A DNA stretch of 51,251 bases, filler included, from Diploschistes diacapsis (GCA_023645945.1; 3 parts of 3 records of this genome joined end to end with filler, not necessarily neighbours in it); one strand, 5' to 3'. Shown: positions 22,949-34,517, counted from the whole stretch's first letter. Program-made: numbers and translations. Notes: generated by a model not told the origin, from the sequence alone.

Positions 22949-23316
22949 TCCCGCATTGACGATGATGAGTAGACTTTCTTTTAGACTTTGTATACTTAAC
23001 GAAGTCAAGACAGCAGAGTCATTGCTTGAGATACCCAAACAGTACGCTGATGGCCTATTTAGGAAGTGGTAGGATAAATCTAAGGTCGATGCCATTTCAG
23101 ATCCGTCCATGATGAGGAAAGCAACTAGGGAAAGCGAGATGTTCAACTTACCTGGTCAAAAGATCGTTGAAGACTCGAATGGTTCCTCTAGCAGTGATAT
23201 GATATGAAGGCAAGCACGACACGTTGCCTACCCCCCCACAAACCCTTTCTCTGTTCAACAAACTTTTCAAGACTTTCTATGTTTTGTATCTTTATTGACT
23301 TCAACTTGCTACAACC

Positions 23317-26022
23317 ATGGCCAATACTGACGGTGATTCTGGAGGCTCCTCGAATAATACCTCTAGCATTCTGAGCAACATTGTGAGTACATACAAAGAC
23401 AGATCAGACTCATGTAGCAATCCTTCTCTTGTGCAGTCTATGCTTAGGAACACCACAGAGACGGGAGACATTGGAGTCTTGTCAATCGTGCCTGATGGAA
23501 TGAGCCTTCCAAATCATCGCCAATCGTCTGGACCCGATCGAACTAGATCTCGAGCTTCAACTGTCTCGAAACGTCACAAGTCGTCAAGATTCTACGGCCA
23601 TGGTGAAGCCTTCGACTCCCGAACATCACTCCGAGGACAAGAAGCAGCAGAGGTTCTCTCGATATACAGAGCAGGCACACCTGGTTCTCAGTATACTCGA
23701 GCAAGCTCGCTTCGAAACGAAAGCCATATTTCGCTGTCAAATGTGCGGTGTCCCTCACAAGCTGACCTGCAGCTTCTACCGAGGCCCCGATCACCGTTCC
23801 CATATCCTACGCGACTCAAGAGACCGGGCTATCGCTCTTCTTCGCCCTCCTTGGTGGACTTCAATGGAACAGATACTAGGACGTACGTTGGCTTGGAACA
23901 AGGTCATATGAGTCATCCGCCTGCAGTTCTCCTTGATTACCATGGCAGAGTCAAACGAAGGAACTCTCTTGCAACAAATACTATTAGGCCTTGCTCAGGA
24001 CCTCATGGTGGCGCTAACTACAGGTTGCCGCTGCCGCCAGCTTGCTACAATGCGCCCATACATAAATCTCACCGTGCACCTTCGATTCAAAGCACTCGAA
24101 GCCAAGAGTTGTTCTTAATCAACAAAACAAACAGCATTAGTCCGCAACAATTCGAGACTGCAAAAAGACCGCTTGGAACGACATATTATGACTACTCAGA
24201 GAACTTTAGCGGGCAGACCGAGAAGCCAGTGTCAAATCCCATAGCCTACCAAGACTTGGGGCAGATCGGTTCGCATTTGTATCGGAGTAGGACGGCCAAT
24301 GGGGGAAGCTTGAGAAGCAGAACCAATACTAAGCTTACACGAGCTCAAAGCTCGATGATTGTCCATCTCGATGAACATTCACTAAATGCTCCGGCCGGTA
24401 TCCGTCAGAAGAACAAGGACAAACTTGCTGAATGGGAGCAGATAGGAATAAGCTCAAAGCCTTTGGATGCAAAGCAACGACGCAGTCGACCAGCAAGCCC
24501 TGTAAATGATGTTCCTAATCCAACCTGCCTAGTTACCGACAAAGTCGAGGAGGCATCTGCAGGATTACCCATCGGGTTGCTGGACGGCTCCAGCTCGGTG
24601 GAAAAGTTGGCTAGTAATAATAATGTGAACGCTGAGGAAGAGGAGTGGCTTGAAGAAGGAGACATGCTACCAGAAAAACAAGTGGAAGAATTCAAAGCAT
24701 CGGAAAGAAACAGTCAAGAGAACGCTCGGCCTTCAACGGCAGGAGCAGAAGATAGATCAAAGCAAGTAATAAAATACTCTCCTCAAGGCATCACGGACAC
24801 ACATGTTCCAGTACTACCATCAGCGGAAGAAACCGACGAATTTCCTCAACCAAAGATTGTCAGAGTTTCAGCTCTCACTGATATCCAGATTCAGTCACCA
24901 AGACCAGAGCGTCCAATATCATATCGGAACCCGAATGATCGCTTAAGTCGAATCCTTTCCATTGCTGAGAGTTTCTCGGATGAGGATACTATCGCCGCGA
25001 GGCCAAGGGGAAAACGCTTGCGTGAAGTAGAGCCTAAAGAGTGCACTAATGTGAATAAAAGGGCAGCTTCTTTAGAAAATGGAACTGGGAATACATCGAA
25101 CAACCGTCTTGGCGTAGATGAGGAAAGCCAGGGGTTGCAATGGCCCTTCTCAAGGCTCAGAAACCATTTCAGCAAAGCTCATATGCCTCGCCAAAAACAC
25201 TCAGTAATCAACTCCTCTGAGCAAGGCAATACGCGGAGTACCAAGTTCCAGGTTGAGAATACAGCCCTAGCAGCGCAGGAGACCAAATCACAAGAAGCTC
25301 ACAAGAGTGGAGAATCCTTTCGAAAGTATAGTGCAGCAGAGACACAAAAGCTGAACACGGTCAACTACCGTCCTCCAAGTACGGAGAGGCCTGCAAATGA
25401 TCCCGAAAATTATGAAAAAAGCAGCCTACGACAAAACACAGGCAAGGAAGAACTCACGAATCCAGTCCAGCCAAAAAACGGACCGGCGTCTTCATTCTAT
25501 TCCCTTCCAAGCTACTTATCAGCCGACTTCATCACCACCGACTCCCCCCTCAAACCTTCCGAACAACAACAAGCAGACCCCACCCGGCTCCAACCCTCCA
25601 ATTCCGCCCCACGCATCTGTCTCCACCCTCCCACCCCAAGCCTCGGACTCGGCGACGTCGCCGGCGTCCTCTCTAACTCCAACTCTATCATACGGCCCCC
25701 GACGAGCCTGTCCGCCGGCATCGTCGACGCAGAGCTCGTAAGCACACCCCCTTCCACGGCCAGCGGCCAGGTAGGGCACAACAACAACAGTCACCGCTGG
25801 ACCCGCTTCTCGAGCTTCTTCAACAGCACGCAGAGCACGGGCGGCGTGACGGAGGACGGAACGCAGGCGATGAGCTGGCTGCAGTTCACGGCTTGGAGGA
25901 TGCGCGAAAGTTTCATGGAGTGTCGGAGAGCGAGCGGGTGCTTGGGGCGGAAGATGAAGAAGAAGAGGGAAGGGGAACAAGGTAGGAATAGGACGGAGAT
26001 GAGCTTCGAGATGTATCCGTGA
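23317..26022 (+). CDS. Hypothetical, largely disordered 901-aa protein
   Basis: Long uninterrupted Ser/Arg/Pro-rich ORF with a good start context (acaaccATGG). Short motifs QSMLRNTTETGDIG, PRPRSPFPYPTRLKRPGYR and YYDYSENF look like conserved islands of a Pezizomycotina hypothetical family (recall only). Confidence 0.8.
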   Translation: MANTDGDSGGSSNNTSSILSNIVSTYKDRSDSCSNPSLVQSMLRNTTETGDIGVLSIVPDGMSLPNHRQSSGPDRTRSRASTVSKRHKSSRFYGHGEAFDSRTSLRGQEAAEVLSIYRAGTPGSQYTRASSLRNESHISLSNVRCPSQADLQLLPRPRSPFPYPTRLKRPGYRSSSPSLVDFNGTDTRTYVGLEQGHMSHPPAVLLDYHGRVKRRNSLATNTIRPCSGPHGGANYRLPLPPACYNAPIHKSHRAPSIQSTRSQELFLINKTNSISPQQFETAKRPLGTTYYDYSENFSGQTEKPVSNPIAYQDLGQIGSHLYRSRTANGGSLRSRTNTKLTRAQSSMIVHLDEHSLNAPAGIRQKNKDKLAEWEQIGISSKPLDAKQRRSRPASPVNDVPNPTCLVTDKVEEASAGLPIGLLDGSSSVEKLASNNNVNAEEEEWLEEGDMLPEKQVEEFKASERNSQENARPSTAGAEDRSKQVIKYSPQGITDTHVPVLPSAEETDEFPQPKIVRVSALTDIQIQSPRPERPISYRNPNDRLSRILSIAESFSDEDTIAARPRGKRLREVEPKECTNVNKRAASLENGTGNTSNNRLGVDEESQGLQWPFSRLRNHFSKAHMPRQKHSVINSSEQGNTRSTKFQVENTALAAQETKSQEAHKSGESFRKYSAAETQKLNTVNYRPPSTERPANDPENYEKSSLRQNTGKEELTNPVQPKNGPASSFYSLPSYLSADFITTDSPLKPSEQQQADPTRLQPSNSAPRICLHPPTPSLGLGDVAGVLSNSNSIIRPPTSLSAGIVDAELVSTPPSTASGQVGHNNNSHRWTRFSSFFNSTQSTGGVTEDGTQAMSWLQFTAWRMRESFMECRRASGCLGRKMKKKREGEQGRNRTEMSFEMYP

Positions 26023-27060
26023 CTCTTTTGTCAAGAGTGGGGAGGCTTTTTCTCCGAGTAGGTCTAGTGCTTATGTCGTAGGGAAATTTTGTAAAGTGCG
26101 GGCTGGGATAATGGATGTATGTTTGGGGTGGCAGAAGCATGGTATAGAGAGAAGAGCAGTATGTTGCTGAGTAGTTATATACTAAATAGGAGCAAGCGAG
26201 CTACTGTAGCGCTTTAACGAATCCAGGACTGTTTCTATTGAGCTTCGATCTATTCCATTGGAGAGACTTTTTTACACATGACACGGAAACTAGGGTGCAA
26301 CATGCAAGATTTTCAGCAAATTATTACCCTTTACTGTTGTACACGACTGAATCCTGAGGCCATTTACAGCTTCCTTGACCAAAAACCAACTGTCGCCCGC
26401 TGTAGCGACTGTATACAACATCTCGTTCATTCACCATACAGCATAGAATTTCTTTTGTGTATATATTACTCCAGTCTCCTTGCAAAGCTCCGCCGCTTCC
26501 CCCTACCCACAACTATGGAAACTTTCCGCAGGCCCTTCTCTGAGTGTGACTCAGCCGGTAGGTACTGTGCCGATAACAGGGCATGAGGGGCCAATGGGAT
26601 GAAGCAAAGTGTGGCTTTTCAGGCAGGTCTCGAAGAGCTCAACGGCCGGTGCAAGCACTGTTGCTCCTTGGTTTTATTGCCTGGTATTCGTGGGCGGCCG
26701 GTACGTGCCCTGTGGAGGAGTGGAGAAGATGCCCATCCTAGAGGTTTTGTGTGTGGTGAGTGGTTTGTCGCGGATGTTGTGTTAAGTTGAGGTGAGTTGG
26801 GCTAGGCTGGGCTGGTGTCGCGCGGAGATATCAGTCGACTTCCCCCATTGATTATCGAGTTTTGGGTTCTGGGCCTTCTCAGATACTTGGGGTTTCTTGC
26901 CCTTGTGTGCCCATTGCTCAGATGATGGAAAACTGTGGGTGTGTCATCCAGATGCGGGACAAAGCAGCGGTAGCAGGCTGTCATGATTGCAATGGTGAGT
27001 CAGGTCTCTGAGAGTGCAAAGCACATCATCTCATCCTGCATAACAATAGATTCGGTTTGC

Positions 27061-29160
27061 TCAAAAAATCTATAGCTCGTCAGCACCACCTCTTCCGCTT
27101 AGATCTCCATACGTAGCAGCATAGACGCAGGCCACTTAAAAATAAGGAGAATATGACTTACAGCACCCCCAATGATAAAAATCCTCTCCTCCTCCCTCCT
27201 AACCCATTGCACCAGCCTATTCGCGCTCTGCGCCAGCGCGTTTCGGGCGGTCGTTGGCGATGCGACACAATAGAGCTCGAAGACAGGCGTGGCCCAGGCT
27301 AGCGCCGAGAACTCACGGCTTAGGATGTAGTGGACCTTCTGGTGGGTGGGTTTCGAGTGCAGGGAGGAGTGGAGGGTGTGGTAGAGGGATAAGAGTCTGC
27401 TGATATTAGCGTTAAGGGAAAGGGTGAGGGCTGGGTACAGGTGTAGAGAATGAGAGACATGGATCAGGAACTTTGGGGTGAAACAGGGTTGGGATCTATG
27501 GAGAAAGGGAAAAGTGGGTAGTTACCGCCGGCGCTCGAGGAGCGTGTTGAAGGTTGGTTTGTACGAAGGCATGAAATATTGCAGGTTGGAACGTGACTTG
27601 TAGAGGAAGTGCTGGAGCATGGTGCCGGGGAGAATGTCGGTCGCTGAGGGCCGGCCGGCGAGGACGGCGGACTTGATGATGCTCAGCTCGCCGGTTTCCT
27701 CCAGGTCCTAAGGAATTAGGTAAGCGTTCGTCTGTTGAAAACATAAAGCTGCTGGCAGCAGACCTCCACGATCTTGTCTCTCATCTCTCGCAGCTCATAA
27801 AAGCTTTCCTTGTTTGCACTTATCAACAGCATCGCTATCCTATCCTCACTCGTCGTGCTACTCTGTTGGACTTCTTCACGCTCCCGTTCCTCGGGAACGT
27901 CAAGGAAGCTCACGTACATGTACAAATACCCATTTTTGTTGAAGCCAGGTAGACACATAGGGATCCAGTTCTCTCCTTCGCTAGCCTTGACACCTCCAGC
28001 TTCGAAGAGCATGTTGAAGATGAGTTGTAGATCACCAGGGTGCAGTGAGTGGGTGCGTGGTCTAACCACGCTGACAAGGCGGCCGCCGGCGACGATGAGT
28101 CCGTAGAGCAGGTCCTTGCACTTATTCTTTAGTAGTGTCTGGTTGATGGCTTCACGGTGACGCTTCTTGATCTTGAGGCATTCGAGGGCTGAGAGAAGCG
28201 CAGGTGGGGAGCCGCGAGTGAAGCTATCTGCTAGGGCAGAGAGAAGGGATTCGGTTCCTTCGAGGGGTCTCCGGAGGTCGGTTGAGGGCCGCTTTGAGAA
28301 GAGGTTGCTTAGAGTAGGAAGCGTAAGCGTGGAGAGGATCTGCATATACAAAGCTTCCAACTGGACCCGGAGTTGCGAATCGCTTTCGCCGAGTTTGGTG
28401 ATGGCGACAAGGTACAGTGGTCCACGCGTAATCACTACAAAGCGAGAACCACCTGCTGTGAAGCTTTTGAGCTGATCATCAAAGCCTTCGAAGAACGATA
28501 AAATAGTCTGAATGATGCCAATGGAGCCAGATATTAGGTTGTCGCTGCCATGGCGGTTGTAGATGGGCTTTCCTGCAGCGGAAAGAATCAGGTAATGCTT
28601 TCGCTTGGATCTCCACATCCCTAGACAATCTCCTGTGTTGTTTTTAACATTACCTTGTCTAGTAGGTAGGAGTCTTACTAACCCTCATTATCTCCGTCTT
28701 GGTCTATCTCTGGAATTTCATCAAATTCCCTGTTGAAGTCCGCAGTTGGCTCTCCAGTATCGAAAGGAACAGCAGATATCATAGGGTCCTTCTCCGTCGA
28801 TCCATTCAAAAACTTCCATCCTGGACTTCGTTGGTCCGTGACCAAGAGTTCTCCCAGAATACTTTCCGCGTCCGCCGCGTGCCCAGCCGTAGGAGCAAAA
28901 CTGCGGATGCTTGTCGTCTCCCCTGCCTCGCTCGTCGCTCGACTTCTATACTGGCCAGTCGGTGTCTCAGCCCTCGTTGATCTGAAAGATCGCCGGGACG
29001 ACATGGATCTTAGGGACCGCGCTGGTGTTTGTGCGCCCCTGGAGCCATCTGAGTGCAGCTGCGTGTCCACTTCCGCTAGGGACAGCGCTGTGGAGAAGCC
29101 AACGATAGGCGATATAGATGTACTAGCCGCCATATTCTGCGTCAACCTTCCCTTTACCAT
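27061..29160 (-). CDS. mon1: Vacuolar fusion protein Mon1 (Ypt7/Rab7 GEF subunit), about 590 aa; start uncertain
   Basis: Exons 29160-28683, 28632-27764, 27707-27526, 27396-27162, 27069-27061. Motifs [24 protein letters not shown]...[73 protein letters not shown]. Confidence 0.94.
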
Positions 29161-29359
29161 ACAGGGGAGCCAGCGAGGTGCACTCTTGGAAGGACGTCAT
29201 GCACTGCGGGGAGATATGTTCTACATGTTCTTCATTACAAGGTTTAGGATATAAAGTCTAAGTTCAACATCCTCCATACTCTCTTCAGGTACTTGGAGCA
29301 AGACACATACTCAAGCTTTTATTGCGAGTACCATATCCGCAAGAAGTCCAATCGCAACT

Positions 29360-30502
29360 ATGGCTGTCGATAATTCTAAATGGCGTTTCAGCCGTGTGTA
29401 TGCCCTCCAGACCCTATAGCTTATAGCTGATCAACTCATGGACACTACAATTCGCATCAAGGACCCCAAGGCTTCGGGTAGGTGTACTATTGCTAGACAC
29501 AAGGGGCGACGACTGAGCTCCGCGTAGTTAAATTCTATGAATTTCTAGGCATGCAGAAGATGCGCCAGGACGATTTCCCTGAAAAAAACTTCTCATCCTA
29601 TCTTATGGCATACAACAGCCCACAGAGTATATCTCAAAACGCAGCTATCACGGATAGACAGGGCGTTGTAGAGCTTATGCACAATCATGGCTCAGAAAAC
29701 AACCCCGACTTCAAAATAGCGAATGGGAACTCCGATCCTGGCAAAGGGTTTGGCCATCTATGTGTTTCGGTTGACAATATCCAAGCGGCCTGCAAACGCC
29801 TTGAGGATGCCGGCTACAAATTCCAGAAGAAACTGACTGATGGCCGCATGAGGCATATTGCGTTTGTACTCGATCCAGACGGGTAAGTGATATATTTATA
29901 TCATGCTAGCTTGCTCATGCACTATCAGGTACTGGGTAGAGGTCATCGGACAGAAGCCCCTAGAAGAAACCGAAAATATTACCACAACAAATACCGACAC
30001 TTACAGAATGAATCACACCATGATTCGAGTCAAAGATGTGGAGGCATCCCTGAAATTCTACCAAGAAGTAATGGGAATGACTCTCCTTCACACCGTGGAG
30101 AATTCATCAGCCAATTTCAACCTCTACTTCCTCGCATATCCGGGCTCTTCAAAACCACCAACGCAAGCCCACCGCGAAGGTCTATTGGAGCTGACCTGGA
30201 ATTATGGAACAGAGAAGGACGCCAATTTCAAGTACCACAATGGAAACACAGAGCCACTGGGATTCGGGCACATTGGTGTATCTGTGGATAATGAAAGTGA
30301 AGCTCTTTCGATGCTAAAGGAGAAGGGCGTGTCCCTGCACAAGCGGTCAAATGGAAAGGGGAAGCATTCAGAGATAGCCTCTGCCGAAGACCCAGGTAAG
30401 TTATCCAGACATTGCCCCTTGTTGAGATTGAGTCTAACTGGTGTAGATGGCTATCAAATCGATATTGTTCAAAACGAGGCATGTGACATTCCTCTTCAAT
30501 AG
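29360..30502 (+). CDS. glo1: Glyoxalase I (lactoylglutathione lyase), two-domain fungal type, about 315 aa; first intron acceptor non-canonical
   Basis: Exons 29360-29393, 29442-29477, 29528-29882, 29929-30395, 30447-30502. Motifs IRIKDPKASVKFY, GVVELMHNHGSE, GFGHLCVSVDN, LDPDGYWVE, MNHTMIRVKD, LLELTWNYGTE, GFGHIGVSVD. Confidence 0.92.
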
Positions 30503-31100
30503 GTAGTTTGGGAGCCAACGATGAGGGTGAGCAAAGATATTCGCAAAGGGATGAAATTATAATAAAGTGTTGAGGTTGTAAGAAGCGATTTGCCGCTTGA
30601 GACTTTCATGGGTATTACTTGTGCTTGTAATTGTACTGTGTAGTCGTGCATGGAAATAGTCTCAATCATGATAATATCCCTGCCAAAGCATACGGACCAA
30701 ACCATGTTGTATACTCCTTCTGCATGAAGTCTGTAAGAAGCTGTACATCAGGACAATGGCCTTGCTTTCGTCATCAAGCCTTGGCTGTTGTTATTGCTGT
30801 AAGACAGATGGCGATGATTTCAAAAAGTGATTCTATATGCCCACCATCAGCCCTACAGCAAGTCTTTTCTCTTGATTGGTTCTGCTTGCAATGGCTAAGC
30901 GGCTCGTGAGAATAAATGTAGCTTCACATTTTTGACCAGTCCTTCCTCGCCGCAACTGACATTACTGTGTCGTCCTCTCTAATATCGCACACTTGCCTTA
31001 TACCACCATTCGTAATTCTCTTTTAATAACCCACGCACATCCGCCGACACTATCTCGGAATTTTTCCAGGCACATACTCTGAACTTAGGCTTCTTCGTCG

Positions 31101-33527
31101 ATGGCTTCTGTAAGTGCTGCTTGTTAACTGCCTCTAGTGCTCGTCACAAGCCCTCTCGTCTTCTAGAACCCATGAATACTGACTGGGACCTACAGCCACG
31201 TCCCCATACCTTCAACAACTCGAGTTACCTGCCAAATGGTCAAGGTGCCCCTGTTGCATCCGTACCAGCACCTGGCGCCGCTCCTTTACTTCCAAACAAT
31301 GGCCGCATCATTCAAAGTGGGCCCGTGCGGGTGCTCTGCGTTGCTGACGTTAGAGGTCAGCTAGAGATCAGGTCCAGCGTTCCTGTACTGACATGCTAGC
31401 CTTTTAGGCAACCTCAAGTCATTGAACGATCTCGCAAAGCAAGCAAATGCGCACCACGTTGTTCACACTGGAGATTTCGGGTTTTACGATGACTTATCTC
31501 TCGAAAGAATCGCAGAGAAGTGAGTGCTTGCGCGGTGTTTAGTCTGCGCACAAAGAGCTAAAATCTTCAGAACCTTGAAACATGTGGCACAGTACTCGCC
31601 CTTACTCTCGGACAATGTAAAGCGTCAGATCCAGGCCATCCCACCGCAGCAATCCAATCTGAAACAACGCTTCCCACCGGAGCAGCTACCGCTATCCGAG
31701 CTTCCACAGTTTATCAATGGCAAATATACACTCGATGTTCCAGTCTACACTGTGTGGGGTGCTTGTGAAGACGTGCGCGTTCTAGAAAGATTTCGATCGG
31801 GGGAGTACAAGGTGCCAAATCTACATATCATCGATGAGGCAAGCTCAAGACTTCTGGATGTCGGTGGCATCAAGCTCCGACTACTAGGCCTGGGTGGTGC
31901 TGTTGTCATGCACAAGCTGTTCGACAATGGCGAAGGGCGGACAACCATTGCCGGTGGCCAGGGCACTATGTGGACAACACTCCTGCAGATGGGTGAACTG
32001 GTGGATACGGCCAATCGTGTCTATGATCCTACAGAGACCCGTGTCTTTGTTACCCACGCTTCCCCGGCTCGCGAAGGTCTTCTTAATCAGCTTTCAGTAA
32101 CTCTCAAGGCTGACTTTTCAGTGTCTGCCGGGCTGCATTTCCGTTATGGAAGCTCATACAATGAGTTCAGCGTAAACCCTACTCTTGATCACTACCGTGG
32201 AAAGCTCGCAGCCTCCAAGGCATCTTTTAATGATGTTTGGGAAACTGTCAAAGGCGAGGTAGAGCCAGCGGTTGAGCAGAATGAGGCGCAGAGAACGTTG
32301 CTGAAAAGCGCACTAGATATAGTGCAGAAGATGCCTACGGTTGCCAATGGGGGCAATCCGTTCGGTGGCTCAGTTCCTGGTCAGACAGGAGCGGGCCAGG
32401 TGGATGAGAGCGCCTTCAAGAATATGTGGAATTTCAACTTGGCTGATGCTGCGTTCGGTTATCTCGTCCTCGAGGTCGAGGGCGGGAGAATAGGAACTGA
32501 GATGAGGGCGCAAGGGTTCAACTTTGCTCATAGAGGGACCGGAGGCAAGCAAGCTAACCAAGCAACTCCAGCCCCTCAGCCTGCTGGAAGTAACGCGACC
32601 CCGGCCAGCGCACCAGCAGCTCAATCACAGAATAAAGTCTCGCCCGCGCAAGCTCCCCCACCATTGTACTCAACAAGCCAAGCGACACGTGCACAGCAGA
32701 CCACACCAGCCGCTGCTGCTGCACCAGCTCAGCAGTTGGCCCCAGCGCAGCAGCCGCAGCCGCAGCCGCAGCAACAACCCAAACCCGCACAAGCTGTTGG
32801 TTCGCCAGCACCAGTCGTCCCAGCTCAAGCCAAACCCACCACTCCCCAACCCTCTGGCGCCACTAACGTGAATATCCCATCAGCAACCGCGGAAAAGCCA
32901 GCCGCCACTCCAAGCGTTAATGGGACCGCAAGCGCAGAGCGATCCATTCCTCCGGCCAAGCCCTCTTCGCCAGCTGTCGAGAAGAAGCCAAGCACTGGTC
33001 TTTTCATTCACAACCTGGACAGCGAGGATGCCGTACGTGAAATCTTTCCAGAGGAGGACAAAGCCAACATCCTACGCATTGAGAAACACGGGAAGACAAA
33101 CCACGTGGCGCACTTCAAGGATCATGAAACTGCCAGAGCTGCGCTTGATCGCCTCCCTCCGGATCACAAAATTCGTGGCGCTGGGCCTCCAACCCCTGGA
33201 CAGCCAAAGAAGCCTAATGTAAAGTGGTTTGATGATCGAGGCACCCGCACCAACTACACTCGTGACGGACAAGGTGGCGGACAGGCTGGTACTTGGCAAG
33301 CAAGTAACAGAGGAGGAGCCGTAGGTGGCCAGAGGCAGGGATATCAAAGCGGACAAAGCGATAGCGAAGGTGCACGAGGACGTGGCGGATTCCGCGGCCG
33401 TGGTGGTAGAGGTGATCGTGGCGGACGTGGCGGGCGTGGAGGGGGTCGCGGCGGTTACAACAAAACGGCTTCTGGAGGAGAAGAAGGAGCGGCTCCAACG
33501 AAGCCAGCTCAAGGAGGCGAGAGCTAG
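31101..33527 (+). CDS. DUF2433-type calcineurin-like metallophosphoesterase-fold protein with RRM-like region and RGG tail, about 745 aa
   Basis: Exons 31101-31109, 31196-31355, 31408-31519, 31571-33527. VRVLCVADVRG, VHTGDFGFYD, VYTVWGACED, VFVTHASP, SAGLHF; Q/P/A-rich linker; GLFIHNL...HVAHFKDHETARAAL; RGRGGFRGRGGRGDRGGRGGRGG. Confidence 0.8.
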
Positions 33528-34151
33528 ATCATGGCCTTGATGGTGCTACTTTTGCTACGGCTATCCATTTTTGTATTATAGGGAAGGTGCGCCCCTTGAT
33601 ACCGTTGCTTGACCAACATGTCCGGGACACTGTAGAGATATTAATGAAAGCTTTACTGCCATTCTGCTTGTGCTTGACGTCGATTGAACCTTTGATACAA
33701 GAAAAAATTGAGATTGATTCGAATATATCAAAATGCTATTGGTAAATCCAAATTCATCCCGTAGTAATTGTGTATACTAATTGTGTAGAAGGCATTAAAG
33801 ACTGCCGTCGCCCTCGCCCGCGCCCACGCCCGTGCTGCCTCCTCCCATTCCGTCCCCTCCCGCGCCGCCCCCAACCCCAAGTTGGCGCGAGCCCTGGGCG
33901 ACCCGGACATAGTTTTGTCTCCCGGTAAAGTAAAATGGCCTGCGTTTCTGTGGGGTTGTAATGAGAAGGCCGTAGACTGACATATAGTAGCCGCTGGAGC
34001 CGGGCCGGTCCCGCGCTTGACGTTCCCGGGTGTCGGCCTGCTTGCCGCCTGGCAGCACAGCCAACGCCTGAGGAAGAGCATTGGGGCTGGGGGAAAGCGC
34101 CCCCACTACCCCAAAAAATTTTCGGATAGGGAGGGAAACCTCGGGCACCTC

Positions 34152-34251
34152 NNNNNNNNNNNNNNNNNNNNNNNNNNNNNNNNNNNNNNNNNNNNTTAAT
34201 TAATTAANNNNNNNNNNNNNNNNNNNNNNNNNNNNNNNNNNNNNNNNNNNN
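34152..34251. other. Assembly gap / artificial contig linker
   Basis: 44 N + TTAATTAATTAA + 44 N, identical in design to 17035-17134. Confidence 0.98.
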
Positions 34252-34517
34252 GACTGTAGCTGGAGGGGAGTGACAGGGGGTGACGGGGAGGAATGATTGC
34301 ATAGCGTGGCAGGGTCTGACATGGCACGGCATTGGCGACACAATACCGAGTTTGCCATGGATGCTCGGAAACCCGAGTTGAGGTGATACGGAGAACCAGG
34401 CATGGGAAAATTGGCGATAGAAATGGGAATGGAGGCCGTTGAGTTGTAGAATAGATTGCCTAAGGGCAAGATGGTGCCGAGCGCTTGCACGCGCATGTAC
34501 GACACTTCTAAGCAGCG

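Noticed and set aside
23146..23155. ACTTACCTGG resembling the U1 snRNA 5' end
   Set aside because: No ATTGCAC loop or Sm site follows; it is just the complement of a splice-donor consensus.
30500..30562. Stop read-through of glo1 ending in ...RKGMKL as a cryptic peroxisomal signal
   Set aside because: TAG-G is not a read-through context and MKL is not a canonical PTS1.
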